From the NCBI GenBank assembly GCA_029547705.1, contig JAKPOU010000028.1, positions 55,982-119,981 on the forward strand: DNA of 64,000 bases, given 5' to 3'. The stretch comes from Bacteroidota bacterium (GTDB taxonomy: Bacteria > Bacteroidota > Bacteroidia > Bacteroidales > VadinHA17). Below the pieces are notes generated by a model. That model was not told the DNA's origin, did no database searches, and was given only the letters and a program-made list of their open reading frames with translations. Positions 59,153 to 64,000 of the stretch are shown one piece after another. The position numbers and the translations under genes are program-made. Numbering within the stretch: the stretch's first letter is position 1; each line of letters starts with the position of its first letter.

Positions 59153-61316
59153 AAAATTTTTGCTTTTTTGCCTCTTCTTCCTTTCCGGAGGAATAGTTAT
59201 TCATTGCCAGGAAAAGGCAGTGAACCGTGACAGGTACCGTATAGGTATATCACCAAGCAGCGAGGCGATAAAGATTGACGGAGTGCTGGATGAGAGATCT
59301 TGGCAGCTTTCGGATACAGCCGGGAATTTCATCCGTGTTACACCGGTGGATACCGGCTTTGCAACAGCTCAGACCACCGTGTTCGTCACCTACGACAGGA
59401 ATAACCTGTATGTCGGGGCCATATGCTATGATCCCTCTCCCGGCAAAAGGCCGGTGGAGTCCCTTCGCAGGGACTTCGTTTTCAGTAAAAATGACAACTT
59501 CAGAATACACATAGATACCTATAATAATTTCACCAACGGTTTTGTTTTCGGTGTCTCAGCTGCCGGAGCCCAGTGCGACGGTGTGATAAACAACGGAAAC
59601 GAGTCAAGCTTCACCTGGGATATCAAATGGAGATCTTCAGTGAAGAACTACGATGACCGCTGGGTTGCCGAGATGGCAATTCCGTTCAGGAGCCTTCGCT
59701 ATTACGGGGGAGTAAGCGAATGGGGAGTCAATTTCGGCCGTCTTGATCTTAAAACGAATGAAAAATCAGCATGGGCCCCTGTCCCCCGCCAGTTTCCGCA
59801 TAATTCCCTTCCGCATGCAGGAACGCTGGTATGGGACAAGGCCCCTGACAGGGCCGGACTGCGTATGTCATTCATCCCCTATGCCACGGGAACGATCATA
59901 AAAAACACAGAAGCGGGAGAGGCAGCAAAATGGAAATGGAACGCGGGCTTTGACACAAAAATGATATTATCCACTTCCATGAACCTCGATCTGACTGTTA
60001 ATCCCGATTATTCACAGGTAGAGGAGGACAGGCAGCAGATTGACCTCGACCGCTTTGAATTGTTTTATCCGGAAAGGCGTCAGTTTTTCCTTGAGAACAG
60101 CGACCTCTTCGCCAGCCTTGGCAACAGCCAGGCACGGCCTTTCTTTTCAAGACGCATAGGACTAAATGTTCCGGTGAATTTCGGAGGAAGGCTTACCGGA
60201 AGGATAGGGAAAAGATGGAGGATAGGGATGATGGATATGCAGACGGGCTCAAAGGGTTCAGTCCCTTCAGGAAATTATGCGGTGACTGTCCTTCAGCGGG
60301 AGATCTTCAGCCGTTCCAGCATCTCCGGCTTCCTTGTCCACAAACAGGTCACCGGAACTTACAGTGACACGGCCTTCACCGGTCACCGTTACAACAGTGT
60401 GGCAGGTATGGAATACAATTACGCAACAGCCGACAACCGCTGGCAGGGAAAAACATTCTACCATCAGTCATTCTACCCCGGAGCGGGAATGAACGCAGCC
60501 GCCCTTTCGGGAAAAATAAGCTACTCCTCACAGTATCTGAAAGCAGGTATAGACCAGTCATGGATAGGTTCAGACTACATCGCCGAGGCGGGTTACATAA
60601 GGAGAACAGGCTTCTATGGGATCACGCCCTCCCTGAGCTATCTTTTCTATCCCCCGGGAGGCGGAAGGATACTCAGTCACGGCCCCGACATCACCATCAA
60701 TGCGGTTTTTGATCCGGGATTCAGGCTCAGCGACCGGGAAACAAGGCTTTCATATATTATCGGATGGAAGAATACCAGCAAACTAAGCCTGGCCATTGAG
60801 GAACAATCAGTTAAACTGACCATGGATTATGATCCGACCAATACAGGAAGCGAAAAACTTGAAGCAGGTGAACAGTTCCGGTGGAAGAATATAAGGGCTG
60901 AATTTATTTCCGACGCCCGGAAATTATTCAACTATGAAATGAAAGCAGGCATGGGAGGCTATTACAACGGGAAACGCTGGAATATTGACGGGCTGATGAA
61001 CTACCGCGTACAACCATACGGGAGCATAGGAATGACAATGAGCTATAACAACATTTCATTGCCTGAACCCTATAACAGTGCGAGGCTCATCCTTGCAGGA
61101 CCCACACTCGATATAACCTTCACGGATAAAATATTCCTGACCACATTCGTTCAATACAACAACCAGATAGATAATCTGAATATGAATATCCGCTTCCAGT
61201 GGCGCTTTGCACCGGTATCGGACCTCTTCATCGTGTACACGGGGAATTCATACACGGAACATTTCGGGAACAAGAACCGCGGACTGGTGGTTAAACTATC
61301 CTACTGGTTTAACTGA
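59133..61316 (+). CDS. CBM9-like/DOMON-like N-terminal domain plus beta-barrel protein (DUF5916-type)
   Basis: 727 aa from GTG, overlapping the previous gene by 20 nt. IKIDGVLDERSWQ..NLYVGAICYD is CBM9-like. The aromatic-rich barrel ends in LSYWFN. Confidence 0.65.
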   Translation: MIPEGTRKFLLFCLFFLSGGIVIHCQEKAVNRDRYRIGISPSSEAIKIDGVLDERSWQLSDTAGNFIRVTPVDTGFATAQTTVFVTYDRNNLYVGAICYDPSPGKRPVESLRRDFVFSKNDNFRIHIDTYNNFTNGFVFGVSAAGAQCDGVINNGNESSFTWDIKWRSSVKNYDDRWVAEMAIPFRSLRYYGGVSEWGVNFGRLDLKTNEKSAWAPVPRQFPHNSLPHAGTLVWDKAPDRAGLRMSFIPYATGTIIKNTEAGEAAKWKWNAGFDTKMILSTSMNLDLTVNPDYSQVEEDRQQIDLDRFELFYPERRQFFLENSDLFASLGNSQARPFFSRRIGLNVPVNFGGRLTGRIGKRWRIGMMDMQTGSKGSVPSGNYAVTVLQREIFSRSSISGFLVHKQVTGTYSDTAFTGHRYNSVAGMEYNYATADNRWQGKTFYHQSFYPGAGMNAAALSGKISYSSQYLKAGIDQSWIGSDYIAEAGYIRRTGFYGITPSLSYLFYPPGGGRILSHGPDITINAVFDPGFRLSDRETRLSYIIGWKNTSKLSLAIEEQSVKLTMDYDPTNTGSEKLEAGEQFRWKNIRAEFISDARKLFNYEMKAGMGGYYNGKRWNIDGLMNYRVQPYGSIGMTMSYNNISLPEPYNSARLILAGPTLDITFTDKIFLTTFVQYNNQIDNLNMNIRFQWRFAPVSDLFIVYTGNSYTEHFGNKNRGLVVKLSYWFN

Positions 61317-61382
61317 TTCCGAAAACCGAAGAAAGCGGGCTGGTGGTTAAACTGTCATACTGGTTTAACAGACTCCGTAAAC
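61268..61382 (+). repeat. 56-bp tandem duplication spanning the 3' end of the 59133-61316 gene
   Basis: The core 61284-61313 versus 61340-61369 is identical at 28 of 30 nt. Both copies encode LVVKLSYWFN, and the stop TGA is replaced by AGA in copy 2. Confidence 0.85.
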
Positions 61383-61627
61383 AGGAGAAAAATGAAATCC
61401 TATTTTATTTTGGAGAGTATTATGCTTTCCCTTTTTTCTCAATCTTTTATATCAAACCCCTTATTGATTTAATTAAATCGTTGTATCTTCAAATAGCATT
61501 ATCAGAAAACCCTGTTTTCTAGTTATTCTGTCCTTTATCCGGGATGTTTCAGAAATATACAGACTATATACCTTATAAACAAATAATTAAGATTCCTGTT
61601 AGTGTGACTGTTTAAATCCTTCATATC

Positions 61628-63130
61628 ATGATAAAAAAAATCTGTGTATTAATTTTCTTATGCGCTTCCTCTTATAATATCTTGTATTCAAATAGCTTTG
61701 AATCAGAAGTGCGGAAAATGAACAAAAATTTCAATGGTCCATTGAAAACAAATCCTCACAATCCAAATTATTTTACCGATAATACAGGGAAGGCTGTTTA
61801 TTTAACCGGCTCTCATACATGGGCTAATTTTCAGGAAATAGGTATTGATACCACTAAAAGATTTGATTATGATGATTATTTGGAAATGATGATAAATTGT
61901 CATCATAATTTTATGAGGCTGTGGATGTTTGAGAACTCTGCCTTTGCCAGCTGGACACCGGATACCGTACTATGGCATCCGAATATATATCAACGTTCAG
62001 GACAGGGAAAAGCTGGTGACGGGGGTACCAGATTTGATTTAACCAGATTTAATCAATATTATTTTGACCGTTTACGTCAGCGTATTATTCAGGCCGGGAA
62101 CCGGGGAATTTATGTATCAGTTATGCTGTTTCAGGGCTGGAGTCTGGATAAAACCGGTATCTCTGATCCATGGAGAGCGCATCCGTGGAATAAAAACAAT
62201 AATATTAACGGCATAGGAGCCAAAGACAGTATAGCCGACAATAACTCTTCGGCTACAATTCATAGCCTGAAAAATCCTGAATTACTGAAAATCCAGGAAG
62301 AATATTTAAAGAAAGTAATTGAAACAGTAAATGATCTTGACAATGTTTTATATGAAGTCAGTAATGAAGGCGGAGATCATGATTGGCACGAATGGGTTAT
62401 AAATTTTGTCCGTAAGTATGAAGGTAAAAAAACCAAACAACATGTCATTGGTTATACTACACCAAGTCAGCAGGGTCATTTAAACAAAAATTTATATGAA
62501 AGCTCTGCTGACTGGGTATCACCGGCTATGGAACCGTTAGGCTGGGCCTATCCGGGAACACTTTATATGCAAAATTACATGGAGGATCCGCCGGCCAATA
62601 AATTTGGGAAAGTTAATATTTTGGATACCGATCATTTATGGGGACACGGTGGTAATTGGAAATGGGTTTGGAAGAGTTTCACCAGAGGTTATAATCCAAT
62701 CTTTATGGACCCCTGGCAACCTATTGAATATCATGGCGATCAGCGAGTTTCATGGGTCTTCGTGGGTGGTGTGAGCAAAGATAATCGTGATTATCCTGAT
62801 TGGGATCTTGTACGTACTAATATGGGATACACCAGGAAAATTGCAGAAAGTGTTAATTTGATTGATTTATTTCCGGAACCTGATCTGGCTTCAACAGGGT
62901 ATTGTCTGACAGATAAAAAGAATGTATTTATTGTGTATTTACCGGAAGGTGGTGATGTCACTTTAAATATGCTTTCATGTGATGTAAATGCAAATTACCA
63001 TATTGAGTGGTTTTTCCCGATTCTCAACAGATCCATGGAAATAAACAAACCAGTAACCGGGGGCGGATACAAAAATTTCAGTTTGCCTTTTTCTGGTGAC
63101 GGAGTGCTGATTTTAACCAAAACTCCTTAA
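61628..63130 (+). CDS. secreted clan GH-A-like (beta/alpha)8 glycoside hydrolase, family unresolved
   Basis: 500 aa with signal peptide. NFMRLWMFE and LYEVSNEGG (an NE acid/base-like motif). Sits in an AT-rich block. Confidence 0.5.
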   Translation: MIKKICVLIFLCASSYNILYSNSFESEVRKMNKNFNGPLKTNPHNPNYFTDNTGKAVYLTGSHTWANFQEIGIDTTKRFDYDDYLEMMINCHHNFMRLWMFENSAFASWTPDTVLWHPNIYQRSGQGKAGDGGTRFDLTRFNQYYFDRLRQRIIQAGNRGIYVSVMLFQGWSLDKTGISDPWRAHPWNKNNNINGIGAKDSIADNNSSATIHSLKNPELLKIQEEYLKKVIETVNDLDNVLYEVSNEGGDHDWHEWVINFVRKYEGKKTKQHVIGYTTPSQQGHLNKNLYESSADWVSPAMEPLGWAYPGTLYMQNYMEDPPANKFGKVNILDTDHLWGHGGNWKWVWKSFTRGYNPIFMDPWQPIEYHGDQRVSWVFVGGVSKDNRDYPDWDLVRTNMGYTRKIAESVNLIDLFPEPDLASTGYCLTDKKNVFIVYLPEGGDVTLNMLSCDVNANYHIEWFFPILNRSMEINKPVTGGGYKNFSLPFSGDGVLILTKTP

Positions 63131-63393
63131 AATAATCATTAAAAGTACGTGAAGGTTAATTGCCCCTTAAAAGATATTATTATCTGAATTTATTCCGGAT
63201 TTATTTTTGTAATTCATTCAAGTTATAAGAAACTTGTCAAACAGGATTTTCTAAATACACACAACTGTATGAAGTCCACGAAAATATTGCTTCATAACAT
63301 AGCCCGTCTCAATTTTCTTTAATTAAACAATTATTTTATATATTTCCATTAATATATCAGACAAGAAAAATCTAACGAAACAGCGCTGTTAAC

Positions 63394-64000
63394 ATGACAC
63401 TCACCAGACGTAACTTCATCAAAACTACCGGAGCAGGGCTGATTGCAGCCGGAGCTCCCGTGCTTGCATCAGGTTCATTCAGCCACCCCGTCCCTGAGGC
63501 AAAGTATCCGTTCAGACTGGCCATTGCCGGTTATACCTTTGCAAAGTTCAATCTCGACCAGACACTGGAAATGATGAAAAGAGTGAACATTGGCTTACTC
63601 GGAGTGAAGGATTTTCATCTTCCTCTCGACAGTTCGCAGGAAGTTATCAACCAGACACTGGAAAAGATGAAATCGTTCGGAGTGGAACCCTACGGTGTGG
63701 GTCCCATCTACATGAAAAGTGAGGAAGCCATTGATCAGGCCTTCGCCTATGCCGGAAGAGTAGGGACAAATACCCTTGTTGGAGTTCCTGATGTCCATCT
63801 TCTTCCCTATGTGGAAAAGAAGGTCAGGGAATATAATATCCGCCTGGCGATTCATAATCACGGACCGGATCTGCCGATCTATCCGGGAGCAATTGATGTG
63901 TGGAAGGAGATCAGGGATCTTGATCCGAGGATGGGCTTCTGCCTTGATATTGCACATTCGGTAAGACTGGGCCAGGATCCTTTCCGGGATTTCCTGAATT
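63394..64000 (+). CDS. sugar phosphate isomerase/epimerase (xylose-isomerase-like TIM barrel) with Tat signal, 3'-truncated by the window end
   Basis: I translated this by hand: MTLTRRNFIKTTGAGLIAAGAPVLA..FRLAIAGYTF..LAIHNHGPD..GFCLDIAHS. The frame stays open to the window end. It is absent from the ORF track because it has no stop. Confidence 0.8.
   Translation, partial: MTLTRRNFIKTTGAGLIAAGAPVLASGSFSHPVPEAKYPFRLAIAGYTFAKFNLDQTLEMMKRVNIGLLGVKDFHLPLDSSQEVINQTLEKMKSFGVEPYGVGPIYMKSEEAIDQAFAYAGRVGTNTLVGVPDVHLLPYVEKKVREYNIRLAIHNHGPDLPIYPGAIDVWKEIRDLDPRMGFCLDIAHSVRLGQDPFRDFLN

Noticed and set aside
63595-63957. 120-aa minus-strand ORF at the window end
   Set aside because: The opposite strand encodes an open frame with a Tat signal and clear TIM-barrel isomerase motifs from 63394 to the window end.

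Overview
The window is a Bacteroidota-type chromosomal segment. The taxonomic call rests on T9SS C-terminal sorting domains, TAnnTTTG -7 promoter boxes, a UpxY/NusG-like gene and many SpII lipoproteins. It is a mosaic of four kinds of content. (1) Housekeeping genes: ileS, dnaG, riboflavin synthase, ubiX, a Sir2/CobB-like deacylase, corA, and UDP-xylose synthase. (2) Dispersed exopolysaccharide genes: a Wza-like OPX, a Wzc-like BY-kinase, a Wzm/Wzt-like ABC exporter, a Wzi-like protein, a priming sugar transferase, a cytidylyltransferase-kinase fusion, and UpxY. (3) Envelope and secreted functions: two large T9SS cargo proteins, a thioester alpha-2-macroglobulin with PBP1C, a BlaI/BlaR1-like module, a DUF1080 protein, and an operon of large unknown secreted proteins ending in a CBM9/DUF5916-type barrel. 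(4) Two visibly AT-richer accessory islets. The most interesting candidate is a translationally coupled three-gene operon at 13935-17024. It encodes a DUF262/ParB-like protein, an AAA_15/DUF3696-type ABC ATPase and a 275-aa protein with no recognisable motif, and it looks like a phage-defence system. The second islet lies just after dnaG. It carries an XRE-HTH/ImmA-IrrE metallopeptidase fused gene with a DUF4411 PIN-like partner, followed by decayed toxin-antitoxin remnants (a frameshifted HicA and a truncated XRE). Other notable items: a run of 40 consecutive proline codons in the BlaR1-like sensor; a perfect palindromic operator candidate in the spacer of the blaI-like promoter; an (Asn-Gly)n hexanucleotide repeat inside the sugar transferase; and a 56-bp tandem duplication of a gene's 3' end. 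I found no rRNA, tRNA or CRISPR array. All homology statements come from motif recognition by eye and need HMM or BLAST confirmation.
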